A stretch of 44,219 bases of DNA, taken from positions 1-44,219 of IMG/VR virus record IMGVR_UViG_3300037041_000666. One strand, given 5' to 3'. Shown here in pieces: positions 29,905 to 38,863 of this stretch. The position numbers and the translations under genes are program-made. Under the pieces are notes generated by a model. That model did no database searches and was not told the origin of the DNA. It saw only the letters and a program-made list of their open reading frames with translations. The DNA comes from a virus (Duplodnaviria; Caudoviricetes). Every line of letters starts with the position of its first letter. The stretch's first letter is position 1.

Positions 29905-29999
29905 TTCTTCTTCCCCGCTTCTATAATTTCTTCAATGGTGCGCTTACAGCCCGTGCAGACACCGTTCTCTAACCAGCATTTGTTAATACACTTACTCAT
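29901..29999 (-). CDS. DUF1289-like Cys-rich mini-protein, not in ORF track
   Basis: MSKCINKC...VCTGCKRTIEEI; coupled at both ends. Confidence 0.6.
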   Translation of the reverse strand: MSKCINKCWLENGVCTGCKRTIEEIIEAGKKK

Positions 30000-30228
30000 C
30001 GTTTCTTTTCTCCAAATCTTTAACAACCGACTCCCTATAATTTTTAAGAAACTCTATATACTCATTAAAAGCTTCATAATTATCATCTAGTTGTATATGC
30101 GTATTGTAATCAGTGGCAATTATTATCTGTGCTATCGCCCGCCAAATATGAGATACATTTACACCATCACACATATCGGCAATTTTTACAAACAACTCAT
30201 TAACTTCATCACTATTATTTCTCATCAT
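29992..30228 (-). CDS. Hypothetical protein
   Basis: GGAG RBS inside the upstream gene's end block. Confidence 0.6.
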   Translation of the reverse strand: MMRNNSDEVNELFVKIADMCDGVNVSHIWRAIAQIIIATDYNTHIQLDDNYEAFNEYIEFLKNYRESVVKDLEKRNDE

Positions 30229-30670
30229 CTACTCCTATTCCGTGTAATTCTTCAGTTTTTCGCATCAAATAATATATTTGCCAAAGTCTCACATTAGAAA
30301 AATCAGCATCTTTTTTGATAATATCTACTTCTTTAGATAAAATAGAATCACTCAAAGGTTCACGGGTTGGAGGTGATGTGTAGAGTGGTATTGAATTTCC
30401 ATAATCTACATGATGCAGATTGCCGTATGTTCTGCCTTTCCACGCTACGGGTTTGTTTGCCAATACTTCACTGACAGCATCATTAAACGTCTGTGTTGCT
30501 GATGATTCTCTGAGTTTTAGCGTAGCTTGCTCAGGTTGGGCGAGTAGGTTTTGTATTTCTTTAACCGTATCTTCGATTTGAGTTATCATTTCAAACTCTG
30601 TTATCACTAGATATTCAGCGCACATGTACGCTAAAATTGTTTTAAGCAACTCTCTTTCTTTACTCATCAT
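30215..30670 (-). CDS. MSKERE modular-family protein
   Basis: MSKERELL, LLAQPEQ, PVAW, PLYTSPPTREPLSD, HGIGVDDE. Confidence 0.75.
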   Translation of the reverse strand: MMSKERELLKTILAYMCAEYLVITEFEMITQIEDTVKEIQNLLAQPEQATLKLRESSATQTFNDAVSEVLANKPVAWKGRTYGNLHHVDYGNSIPLYTSPPTREPLSDSILSKEVDIIKKDADFSNVRLWQIYYLMRKTEELHGIGVDDEK

Positions 30671-31124
30671 CTACTCCAATGCCGTGTTGTTGTTCTGCCC
30701 ACTTAACACCGTTATAAAAACTCATGTCTTTTGAGTTCCTACTAGCTTCTTTTATAGCAAGGTTGCTCAAAGGCTTGCGTGTCAAGAATAACATTGTGTC
30801 TTCAACACCCTTGCCGTACCACCATTTACTGCTTTGCTCAGGCTCACGGGTTGGTGGCGATGTGTACAGTGGTCGGATATTCTCTACATCATTTACATCA
30901 TTTACATCATTTAAAACAAGAGTCAGGTCAGTAGTTAGATGGTTTCTAGATTTATAAGCGTGTAGAACCTCTTGATTTCTTTCGACAGGTATATTCCAAT
31001 CATACATCCAAGCTACAGGTTCTTGCTCAACTTTTGCATAACCTTCACGTTGCTCAGGTACTTTACACTTCCACCCTAGTTTGTCCAACACTTCTTGTAA
31101 GTCTTCTCTCTCACTCATTGACAT
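30660..31124 (-). CDS. MSKERE modular-family protein
   Basis: MSERE, EQEPVAWMYDW, PLYTSPPTREP, RKPLS, HGIGVDDE; internal NDV x3 repeat. Confidence 0.75.
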   Translation of the reverse strand: MSMSEREDLQEVLDKLGWKCKVPEQREGYAKVEQEPVAWMYDWNIPVERNQEVLHAYKSRNHLTTDLTLVLNDVNDVNDVENIRPLYTSPPTREPEQSSKWWYGKGVEDTMLFLTRKPLSNLAIKEASRNSKDMSFYNGVKWAEQQHGIGVDDE

Positions 31125-31280
31125 ATCCCCTTAATTTCTAAAACCGTTCTATTGGCTCGCATCCCTTCAATTTGACAATTGTGTTTCTCACGAATAGTAC
31201 TCTCATAAGATAAGGCGCATATGATTGCACCGATTAACATGAATGTTATTACTATAAAATTTAACATCGCTTTCCCTTCT

Positions 31281-31868
31281 TCATCCATAAATTTCCCCTA
31301 ATCGTCTTAGTTCCAAGTTTCTCAAATGAAGTTCTTTGTTGTTCTTCATAAACATAATCAGACTATGCGCCATCGTGTGCGGTCTGAACACGAACTGATC
31401 TTTCTTCCTACCGTTTATCTTATGAAAAGCCAGTGCTTCTTTAGCGAACGGATACCAGTCGTTGATCTGCTGGCGACAGTACAAAAAGATCAACCCATTA
31501 GTGTGTACATGTTTAGGCATGCGATACCGTTCGTTCTTAGCGATACCTTCTATGTAAGTCAGCTTCACACCCAGATCATCAGCGATCTCTTTACGCGTCA
31601 TGTACACTTTATCAATTGATTTGGTGCGTACAGGCGCATACTTTTCAGCAAGTTCTTTGAGAGAACTCTCTTTCTCAGCCTTCTTTTTAATAGATGCCTT
31701 CTTGTTATCAATCGCCCAGCGTTCTTTCAACTTTTCTTTATTCGCCTCACGATACGCTTTGTTCTTTTCGATCACGCTAGCCGCATTGCGTTTATACCAC
31801 TCCCGTCTCGTTTGTTTGTACTTCTCTGCTGTTTCTTCAGGTGTTAATTTTGGTTTTTTAAACATCAC
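31281..31868 (-). CDS. Basic protein with excisionase/AlpA-like HTH
   Basis: Charged helical N-terminus then YMTRKEIADDLGV...MPK. Confidence 0.55.
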   Translation of the reverse strand: MMFKKPKLTPEETAEKYKQTRREWYKRNAASVIEKNKAYREANKEKLKERWAIDNKKASIKKKAEKESSLKELAEKYAPVRTKSIDKVYMTRKEIADDLGVKLTYIEGIAKNERYRMPKHVHTNGLIFLYCRQQINDWYPFAKEALAFHKINGRKKDQFVFRPHTMAHSLIMFMKNNKELHLRNLELRRLGEIYG

Positions 31869-31975
31869 ATCGTCCTAACTTTGTAATATTGCTAATATCA
31901 ATAGCGTTAACATGCCAAGCGCACAGACTGCTGCGATAAATTGTTTTTCATTTTCTCTGTTCATAATTTTTACTC

Positions 31976-32000
31976 AAAAAAAATGCCCCATTGCTGGGGC
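31976..32000 (-). terminator. Rho-independent terminator
   Basis: GCCCCA-GCAA-TGGGGC followed by A and T8 on the minus strand. Confidence 0.85.
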
Positions 32001-32019
32001 GAGTTGAGGGATAGTTCGT

Positions 32020-32259
32020 TTAGTCGTACAGATTCATAATCTGCTCTTCAATACTGCTTAGCGTCTCTTCGTCGAGTACATCTACCAGGTTAACAACCCA
32101 ATCATCTTTACCGTAATACACGTTAATGATATCGATGTCTGAGAACTCTGTTAAAACTTGGTCATCATAATCTTCTTCAGCATTTTCCACGTCCTGTGTA
32201 AATTCAAACTCAACATCCATGTCAACACCTGCCACTATTACGTTAGTTGAATACGTCAT
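32020..32259 (-). CDS. Acidic hypothetical protein
   Basis: Very acidic; architecture similar to 38863-39201. Confidence 0.6.
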   Translation of the reverse strand: MTYSTNVIVAGVDMDVEFEFTQDVENAEEDYDDQVLTEFSDIDIINVYYGKDDWVVNLVDVLDEETLSSIEEQIMNLYD

Positions 32260-32262
32260 ACC

Positions 32263-32394
32263 TTACCCTTGAACTACTCTAAATTCTTGTTTCTTGGCGT
32301 ATCGAGCGTACTTACGCTCTGGTTCATAATCGATCAACCACCAACCGTTTTTCTCAAGCGCATGACACTGCGCTACAAATTCTTTCTTAGTCAT
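32263..32394 (-). CDS. 43 aa hypothetical protein
   Basis: GGAGG RBS, TAATG coupling. Confidence 0.5.
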   Translation of the reverse strand: MTKKEFVAQCHALEKNGWWLIDYEPERKYARYAKKQEFRVVQG

Positions 32395-32897
32395 TATAAC
32401 CCTCCATTCTGTTTTTCAACAGCTTTTTTATACAACTCGTCTTGACGTTGCTTACTTTGATTAGTGATTGGTTGCTTCGATGCGACAACCGGAGCAACGT
32501 CTTCTATGCACGGTCTACCCACACGTTTGAACGCAGCGCGTACATCCGCATTACCACACATGATTTCTTTAGCCACTTGAGCGTCACCCATATTGCGGAT
32601 CTCTCTAGCGTTCAACCGTCTCACACAATCAGAGTCTTCCCATGTTGTGCCGAGAGCGATACTGCCACCAGAGAACCCTGCACCCATGCTGGTGCTACCC
32701 ATGCACACGTCATTAAACGACGAGGATAAACCTGGTGCTACACCAACTCCCACCGCTCTGCTCGGATCAGAACCTGTCGATGAAGACAGGTTTCTTGCAT
32801 CAACGACGGTGTTAGCCGTCACTGGTATGTTGGTTGACTGTGTCGCATCGGCAAACGCTAAACAAGGTAGCAGTAACAACGGTAGTATCTTAATCAT
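32394..32897 (-). CDS. Secreted 4-Cys protein
   Basis: Signal peptide MIKILPLLLLPCLAFA; AP...D.C.GS.S.G...G.T.ED.DC pattern. Confidence 0.7.
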   Translation of the reverse strand: MIKILPLLLLPCLAFADATQSTNIPVTANTVVDARNLSSSTGSDPSRAVGVGVAPGLSSSFNDVCMGSTSMGAGFSGGSIALGTTWEDSDCVRRLNAREIRNMGDAQVAKEIMCGNADVRAAFKRVGRPCIEDVAPVVASKQPITNQSKQRQDELYKKAVEKQNGGL

Positions 32898-33297
32898 GAT
32901 CGTGACCTGGTGTGATAGTTGACGTAGCGATCGGATAATCAACCACGGTTGTTACGACAGTACCCGTAGAAATCGCAGATACGCCTTGTGTTGCGCCATG
33001 CGAATCAACAATGTTCCATGTCGGTGACACATAACCATTACCGGTTGCTGTAGAAGCAGCTGTGCCAGTGATCGAATTAGCGATGGTTGGTACAGATCCT
33101 GATAACGAAAGTGTTGACGAACCAGTCAGGCTTGCAGTGGAAATTTGTGACTGCGCTTGACCTACGCCAGCTGATACGTTCGTACCCACCATTACGGTGC
33201 CGTTCATTACAGAAGCGACGTTGGCAACAGGTGCCGGTTGTGTTGCAAAAGCAGTTGAAGTTAGCAATAAAGATGCAGCTAAAGTTAAATGTTTCAT
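32890..33297 (-). CDS. Secreted Ser/Thr/Ala/Gly-rich protein
   Basis: Signal peptide MKHLTLAASLLLTSTAFA; nearly charge-free mature part; AGGA RBS. Confidence 0.7.
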   Translation of the reverse strand: MKHLTLAASLLLTSTAFATQPAPVANVASVMNGTVMVGTNVSAGVGQAQSQISTASLTGSSTLSLSGSVPTIANSITGTAASTATGNGYVSPTWNIVDSHGATQGVSAISTGTVVTTVVDYPIATSTITPGHDHD

Positions 33298-33427
33298 TTG
33301 TTTATTCCTATTAAATTAAAATTAAAAAGTGGTTAAGGGTTTGTCTTGCGAAGGGCTATCGGTAGTTAGTTCCGGCCTTGCCAACCTTCGACGTGGTTGT
33401 TACGTTTTTGTGTTCCCTTGAGGAAGA

Positions 33428-33465
33428 ATTATACGGAAAGTTTAGTATTAGTAAACTTTTTATTT
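33428..33465 (-). promoter_or_regulatory. Putative sigma70 promoter
   Basis: AAATAAAAAG-TTTACT-16 nt-TATAAT. Confidence 0.55.
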
Positions 33466-33479
33466 GCGCGTAAGGTGTA

Positions 33480-34832
33480 TTATTTTTCAAAGTGTTTATT
33501 TTTCAATGCGTTAAGTAGATTAGCTTGCGTCACATCTTTGGCAGCGAGTGCGGTTATCAATCTTTCGTCGATGGTATCTCTTGCTACTATATGTATAATA
33601 CGCACAGGTCGAGTCTGACCTTGTCTATACACACGCCCATTGAACTGTTGATAAAGTTCGAGTGACCAGTTGAGACCAAACCATACGATGATACCACCGC
33701 CCTGTTGTAAGTTGAGACCAAATGCGGCTGACTGTGGGTGCGCAAGCAATAACGGTATCTCTCCACCGTTCCATCGTGTGATTGTATCTGGACTCTTATC
33801 AAGCTGTTGCGCTTGTGGGAAGCGTTTTTGTAGACGCTCAAGATCTGTTTTAAAATTATATGCAACTAAAATATTCTCCCCTTCGTTCTGCTCAATGATA
33901 TCCGCAAGCGCATCGAGTTTAACTGAGTGTATTTCTGCCCAGTTTTTAAACTCTGAGGTATAGATTGCCCCAACCGAATATTGAAGCAACTTATTTGCAA
34001 GAACAGCTGCGGATATTGCTTCTACCACATCACCAGAATCGAGTTCTAAAAGAAGATGTTTTTCAAACTCGTCATATTGTTTTTTAACTTTAGGGGGTAG
34101 CTCTACATACTCGGTCAAATCGATACGCTCAGGTAACTCTAGATAATCCTCTGCACTCATAGACAGAACCATATGTTGGATCGCATTGTGTATCTGTATA
34201 TCAGCACCCACTCGTGGTGTGTATTTATAACCCATGTAATCAGGTTCAAAGAAGCGTTGTTTGTACGCGGTCATGGTGCGACCCAATGCGATCCCACTAT
34301 CTAATAGATAAATCTGTGCCCATAGATCGAGCAGACCGTTCGAGGCTGGTGTGGCAGTCAGACCGATAAAATAGTTAGTGAACGGTAAGATTTTCTTTAA
34401 ATACTTATGACGTTGTGACGCAGAGCTCTTTAGACTTGATAATTCATCAACTACCACCATATCGAAAGGCCACTTCTTACCGTACAATTTGACCAACCAC
34501 GGGATGTTTTCTCGGTTGATGGTATACACGTCTGCTGTACGATGTAACGCGGTTAGACGGTCTTTTTCTGTACCGGTACACACTTGTACTTTTAAGTGTG
34601 TTAAGTGTCGCCAGTTAGCCGCTTCAGCATGCCAAACTGAGTTAGCTACTCGGAGCGGTGCTATAACGAGTACCTTGTGGACGTTCATCTGATCCTGAAG
34701 ATCGGAAATAGCCGTAAGTGTTATCGTGGTCTTGCCTAATCCTAAATCTAACAGTAAAGCACAACGCTTTTTCTCTTTGATAAACTCGACCGCTTTGGTT
34801 TGATACGCATGCATATCACTTTTCAAATGCAC
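33480..34832 (-). CDS. SNF2-family DEAD-like helicase
   Basis: LGLGKT, IAPLRV, VVDELS, LTATP, GLNLQ, QQFNGRVYRQGQ; GGAGGA RBS before GTG 34832. Confidence 0.9.
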   Translation of the reverse strand: MHLKSDMHAYQTKAVEFIKEKKRCALLLDLGLGKTTITLTAISDLQDQMNVHKVLVIAPLRVANSVWHAEAANWRHLTHLKVQVCTGTEKDRLTALHRTADVYTINRENIPWLVKLYGKKWPFDMVVVDELSSLKSSASQRHKYLKKILPFTNYFIGLTATPASNGLLDLWAQIYLLDSGIALGRTMTAYKQRFFEPDYMGYKYTPRVGADIQIHNAIQHMVLSMSAEDYLELPERIDLTEYVELPPKVKKQYDEFEKHLLLELDSGDVVEAISAAVLANKLLQYSVGAIYTSEFKNWAEIHSVKLDALADIIEQNEGENILVAYNFKTDLERLQKRFPQAQQLDKSPDTITRWNGGEIPLLLAHPQSAAFGLNLQQGGGIIVWFGLNWSLELYQQFNGRVYRQGQTRPVRIIHIVARDTIDERLITALAAKDVTQANLLNALKNKHFEK

Positions 34833-35079
34833 GAGCGTCCTCCATTGAGTTGATAACGCGCACATCACAACCGAGCGCACGTCTACGCTCATGATCGAGT
34901 TCTTGTAACGGTGTTGCATGTTTCCCTTCGTTCTTCAGTTCAACGAATATGATTACACCACCAGGTAGCGTTACGAGACGATCAGGTACTGACCTTCGTC
35001 CGCTTATGAACTTTTCAGCCATACCACCCAATTCTTTAACTCGCTTGACGAGTGCTTGCTCAATGTGTCGTTCAAGCAC
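34816..35079 (-). CDS. VRR-NUC nuclease
   Basis: E..IE, VPDRLV, FVELK, LQ. Confidence 0.9.
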   Translation of the reverse strand: MLERHIEQALVKRVKELGGMAEKFISGRRSVPDRLVTLPGGVIIFVELKNEGKHATPLQELDHERRRALGCDVRVINSMEDARAFEK

Positions 35080-35242
35080 TTAATTCACCTATTAGGTTAA
35101 TTAACCGCACCTTTAAACTTTCAGGCATTGTGTTTTCCTCATTGAAGAACTCGTAAGATATTTTCCCTTCCGGTATCCAATCCATAGAATAATAAATATC
35201 ATTCATCTCTTTCACATGTTCTTTAAACTTAGCTCTATTCAT
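35072..35242 (-). CDS. 56 aa hypothetical protein
   Basis: Fills the gap between polymerase and VRR-NUC, overlapping both. Confidence 0.5.
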   Translation of the reverse strand: MNRAKFKEHVKEMNDIYYSMDWIPEGKISYEFFNEENTMPESLKVRLINLIGELSA

Positions 35243-37013
35243 ATCCAACTTCCTTTAGTAATTCGTTAGCCATACTGATGTACACCGGATAGTCCACATC
35301 TTGCGGGAAGATGTCTGGTAGATCCATCAAAGGTCGTGCGCCACCTGACATCGGCACTCGGTTTGAATTCTTCGCGTAGTGTATGCAGATCTCTTTATCA
35401 ACATCACGCGAGTAGTAAAAGCGTACCGCTTTACCGAGGTAACCACCTTGCCATGTTGCACCGCCCGTCACTTTGCGCACTGTGACGAACTGAGTGATGT
35501 CGTTACACTCCATAATGGTTTGCTCGACAGGAGTGTTGCGTGCCACGCAATACGCAACCGCTTTCTGTACGATCGAACAGTTCGGGTTCTTAGCAAGGCC
35601 TGTTGATGCGAAAACCCCTTTACCTTTAATCTTACCATCGGTTTTAACAGCTATGTAGTTATTAACGTCGCGGTTTGCCATACAAGTATAGTCTGTTTGC
35701 TCAAGGATATAACCTGTTTCGAGCATCCAATTAAACCCTACTTCATGCGCAACATCTAACATCTCGTTTGGACCATAACAAACAATTCCGTCCGTATTGG
35801 CAGACATAACAGCAACACCTTTATCTTCTAAAGATTCGATCAACATGAGCAAAGCAAACTGACCGGTCAACGTTGTTTGTAATAATAATTCCGGTGCATA
35901 AAGCATACTATACTTTGAAGCAAGCTTCCCGAAGGACCCGTTTAAAAAAATCTTAAGTACGTCAGCAGTGACTTTATCACCTGACTTTTTAGCTTCAACT
36001 CTTTTTGTTACAAAAGATTTGTAAAGTTTTAAGAATGGTTTACCCATAGTTTTGGGTGCTATTTTTTGCTGTAAGATTATACTCGGATAGTAGCTCACAC
36101 AATCAAAATCTGAGATGAACCAACCTTCCTTGTAGGGAATGTACTGCGACTTCTCACATGAGTGTAGACCACCAATACCCATCTGATACTTGCGACCACC
36201 AATCTTGATGTCTTCTTTCTTTAGCCAGTCTGGTAGCACTAGCGCACCGTTGATACCTAACTTAAACGGTTCTTTGATAACACGGGCTAAGATATTGTTT
36301 AACTGCTCGCTCTTGAAGGAGACGATCTCAGGGTCTTGATAATAAAACTTCGCATCATCAGCAACGGTAGGTCGTGAGGGTTTCTTACCGGTGATCTTTT
36401 GCAGTTCGCTGGAGATAACTGTCTCAGCAATCTGCGCATCTGACTTAGAGCGCAAATCCATACCATACTGCTCAGTCATCGACTCGCGTAGCGTGATCTG
36501 AGGGATGAGCTCTTGATAGAGTTCTTGTGTGGTCTGTAGGTCGTTCTCGCAATAGTTCCTTAGCTCAACCCGTTGCTCAGGTGAGATCAGTGTAAACGGT
36601 TCGATAGGTAGGTCTTGCAGTTTCTTTGAGTGTAGCCTTCCACCGTAGATCTTCAAGGAAGACATACCAGGTGCTACTTCGATAAGATCAATATGATCCC
36701 ACTTTGGGCAGGGTAGATTGTTATCTTGGTAAGTCCGATACGCGGATCGGTTTGATCCGATGATCGAGTCGCATAAGCGTTTTATGTGCTTATTGTTCCA
36801 TCCACAGAGCGCTGCCACGATGATCGGTAAGTCGAAACTATTCCCGTTGAAGCTGATCGTGGTGTTCTTACGCATGATATTGGACAGAACTGCTAGATCT
36901 AGCGGATGGTCTTCGTACAACTCAAGGTGGATAACTTTACCAGTCTCTACACATTTAGCCGCGAAGAGAAAGTAGTTGGCGTAGATCTCTGTATCGATTA
37001 TTATCTTTTTCAT
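35235..37013 (-). CDS. DNA polymerase, B-family-type with 3'-5' exonuclease
   Basis: Exo motifs DTE, FNG..FD, Y..ND; polymerase motifs DFDCVSYYPS, KIFLNGSFGK, ANTDG. Confidence 0.85.
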   Translation of the reverse strand: MKKIIIDTEIYANYFLFAAKCVETGKVIHLELYEDHPLDLAVLSNIMRKNTTISFNGNSFDLPIIVAALCGWNNKHIKRLCDSIIGSNRSAYRTYQDNNLPCPKWDHIDLIEVAPGMSSLKIYGGRLHSKKLQDLPIEPFTLISPEQRVELRNYCENDLQTTQELYQELIPQITLRESMTEQYGMDLRSKSDAQIAETVISSELQKITGKKPSRPTVADDAKFYYQDPEIVSFKSEQLNNILARVIKEPFKLGINGALVLPDWLKKEDIKIGGRKYQMGIGGLHSCEKSQYIPYKEGWFISDFDCVSYYPSIILQQKIAPKTMGKPFLKLYKSFVTKRVEAKKSGDKVTADVLKIFLNGSFGKLASKYSMLYAPELLLQTTLTGQFALLMLIESLEDKGVAVMSANTDGIVCYGPNEMLDVAHEVGFNWMLETGYILEQTDYTCMANRDVNNYIAVKTDGKIKGKGVFASTGLAKNPNCSIVQKAVAYCVARNTPVEQTIMECNDITQFVTVRKVTGGATWQGGYLGKAVRFYYSRDVDKEICIHYAKNSNRVPMSGGARPLMDLPDIFPQDVDYPVYISMANELLKEVGYE

Positions 37014-37050
37014 TTTATGTTTCCTTAGCGGGTAGCGCTAGTGTAATAAC

Positions 37051-37075
37051 AAAAAGCCACCTGGGTAGGTGGCTT
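37051..37075 (-). terminator. Rho-independent terminator after the SSB gene
   Basis: AAGCCACCT-4 nt-AGGTGGCTT plus T run on the minus strand. Confidence 0.8.
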
Positions 37076-37094
37076 AATTCTGATCGGTCAGACT

Positions 37095-37619
37095 TTAGAA
37101 TACGTCGTCTTCGTCTGAATCGAATGCGTCGAAATCGTTTAGATTACCTGAAGAACCATCTCCAAAAGGTTGACCATCCTTGAAGAACTGAACGCCTAAT
37201 AAGGTCGCGTTGATGCGCTTACCCCAACTGTTGTCCTGCCCCCAGATCTCGATACTCGCATTGACATAGCAACCTGAGTAAGGACGACCATCATCTTCGG
37301 CCAGTGGAGATTTATCACGATCGATAACCAGAGGGCGTTTCTTAGAGCTGGCTTTTAAAGAGAAGTGATTAGCGTAACCATCATAGTCAACCAAATCACC
37401 GTCACGAAGACACAACTTCTCAGGGCCAACTTTAGCACCCTTAAGATTGGTCTTGATCAGTTCTTTGATCTGAGCTTGGATCGATTCGATCTGGTCAGCT
37501 TGCGTATCTTTGTCAAGCAGGAAAGTACCTTCGAAACCTGTCTCTTCACCGCTGAATACAGCTTTTTTGAATAGTGAAGGGAAAGACAGACGTACGTTTT
37601 TTAAGATTATTTTAGCCAT
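37095..37619 (-). CDS. ssDNA-binding protein (DUF2815, gp2.5-like)
   Basis: NVRLSFP.LF, LRDGD, YSGCYVN, GVQF.KDG, acidic tail ending in F. Confidence 0.9.
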   Translation of the reverse strand: MAKIILKNVRLSFPSLFKKAVFSGEETGFEGTFLLDKDTQADQIESIQAQIKELIKTNLKGAKVGPEKLCLRDGDLVDYDGYANHFSLKASSKKRPLVIDRDKSPLAEDDGRPYSGCYVNASIEIWGQDNSWGKRINATLLGVQFFKDGQPFGDGSSGNLNDFDAFDSDEDDVF

Positions 37620-37661
37620 TTTATTTTCCTTTTAGGATTGATTTAAGTTTTATTTTTACAG

Positions 37662-37707
37662 CGTGTTAAGTATAACTTAACTTTTATTCGGATGTCAAAT
37701 TTTATTT
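37662..37707 (-). promoter_or_regulatory. Sigma70 promoter, copy A
   Basis: TTGACA-18 nt-TATACT with AT-rich UP element; palindrome over the -10. Confidence 0.75.
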
Positions 37708-37832
37708 TTCTCCTCGATCTGCTCTAAGATTATTGCGATGATCTTCTCCGCGTAATGCTGGCGATCCTTGGAGCTGTTGGTCGGTTTTTGATACAGGTCG
37801 AGCAAGTTTTGTATATCTTTAGTTAGTCTCAT
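37695..37832 (-). CDS. 45 aa hypothetical protein
   Basis: GGAG RBS; MRLTKDIQNLL... Confidence 0.45.
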   Translation of the reverse strand: MRLTKDIQNLLDLYQKPTNSSKDRQHYAEKIIAIILEQIEEKNKI

Positions 37833-38102
37833 TTAATCTCCCATTGTTAGTTCATATTGACGTTGTGCGTCTAAGAAGCGTTCAGCGTCAATCTGATCGT
37901 TCTTCATTTGTTGTCTTGCTTGTTGCAGTTCGTTCAAGACCTGGATGCGTTGCATATTAGCGATCGCATGTTCAGCCTCTTGTTGTTGTTCGAGCGAGTT
38001 ATAACCATGGTAGCGATACCCGTAACCATAATCGGAGTCATCAACAGCATGGGTGTTTGTATGTACACACATTGTGAGTATAAGTGCGATTAGTTTTTTC
38101 AT
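37833..38102 (-). CDS. Putative exported protein
   Basis: Signal-like MKKLIALILTMCVHTNTHA; ATGA coupling. Confidence 0.55.
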   Translation of the reverse strand: MKKLIALILTMCVHTNTHAVDDSDYGYGYRYHGYNSLEQQQEAEHAIANMQRIQVLNELQQARQQMKNDQIDAERFLDAQRQYELTMGD

Positions 38103-38863
38103 ATTGCACACCCACAACCACCATATTCTTGAGAATCTTCTAATGACACAGAATTTGTTTCTAAATACTGTTCACGATATTGTTTTAAAGTCAGTCTAAA
38201 CAATTGTTTATCAACCGTCTTTTTTAAGAAAGGATATGTTCCGCCTATTGCGTCATATACTTCTTGTTCTTTTATTTCAAACTCAGCATATCTCTCTGGA
38301 CTTGCTTCATATAACGCTTTGTAGTGTCCTAACCCTGCTTTGATACAAAACCCTCCACAATTATTATGACCAAGTTTCCAGTTATATAGTCTCGGTCTCT
38401 TTATTCCAAACTTTTCACTAAAATCTTTGTTTATTATTTTCCCCTCTTCAACTAAAGTGGATCTATACACCCAAGGAGTCATTCTTTGTTTTAAACGAAC
38501 CAATCGATGTTCTTCTGAATAATCTATACCAACATGCATTTCAGCTTGTTCTGAAGTATACGTGGTAGTGAACCAATTATTTAGAGGTTCTCTTTTTAAA
38601 AGTTTTGAGCAAGGATCTATTCGACTATTACCCATAAACTTTACATCTTTAAATATTTCAAAAGGTGTTCTTCCTTCAGTTATGGTTACCAGTTCACAAT
38701 CTAAAAATTTCACACACTCATTTTTAAAACGATATAAGTCTTCGTCCTCCATCAATGTGTCCGCAAAAAGAAGCTGGACATTTTCTTTACCAAATTTATC
38801 CACGCAAGATTTTGCTTCTGCAAAACTACCCATACCTCCTGAAAAACTTATAACATGTTTCAT
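38099..38863 (-). CDS. PAPS-reductase-like (PP-loop) protein with Cys clusters
   Basis: ISFSGGMGS PP-loop, FADT..ED.D, CS..LK, HNNCGGFCIKAG, GGCGC. Confidence 0.75.
   Translation of the reverse strand: MKHVISFSGGMGSFAEAKSCVDKFGKENVQLLFADTLMEDEDLYRFKNECVKFLDCELVTITEGRTPFEIFKDVKFMGNSRIDPCSKLLKREPLNNWFTTTYTSEQAEMHVGIDYSEEHRLVRLKQRMTPWVYRSTLVEEGKIINKDFSEKFGIKRPRLYNWKLGHNNCGGFCIKAGLGHYKALYEASPERYAEFEIKEQEVYDAIGGTYPFLKKTVDKQLFRLTLKQYREQYLETNSVSLEDSQEYGGCGCAI

Noticed and set aside
33320-33420. c-di-GMP-I riboswitch or tRNA in the intergenic leader
   Set aside because: Diagnostic GNRA tetraloop/receptor and cloverleaf/TTC motifs were not found
34833-34919. Longer helicase N-terminus from the ORF track
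   Set aside because: It lies inside VRR-NUC; the RBS supports GTG at 34832
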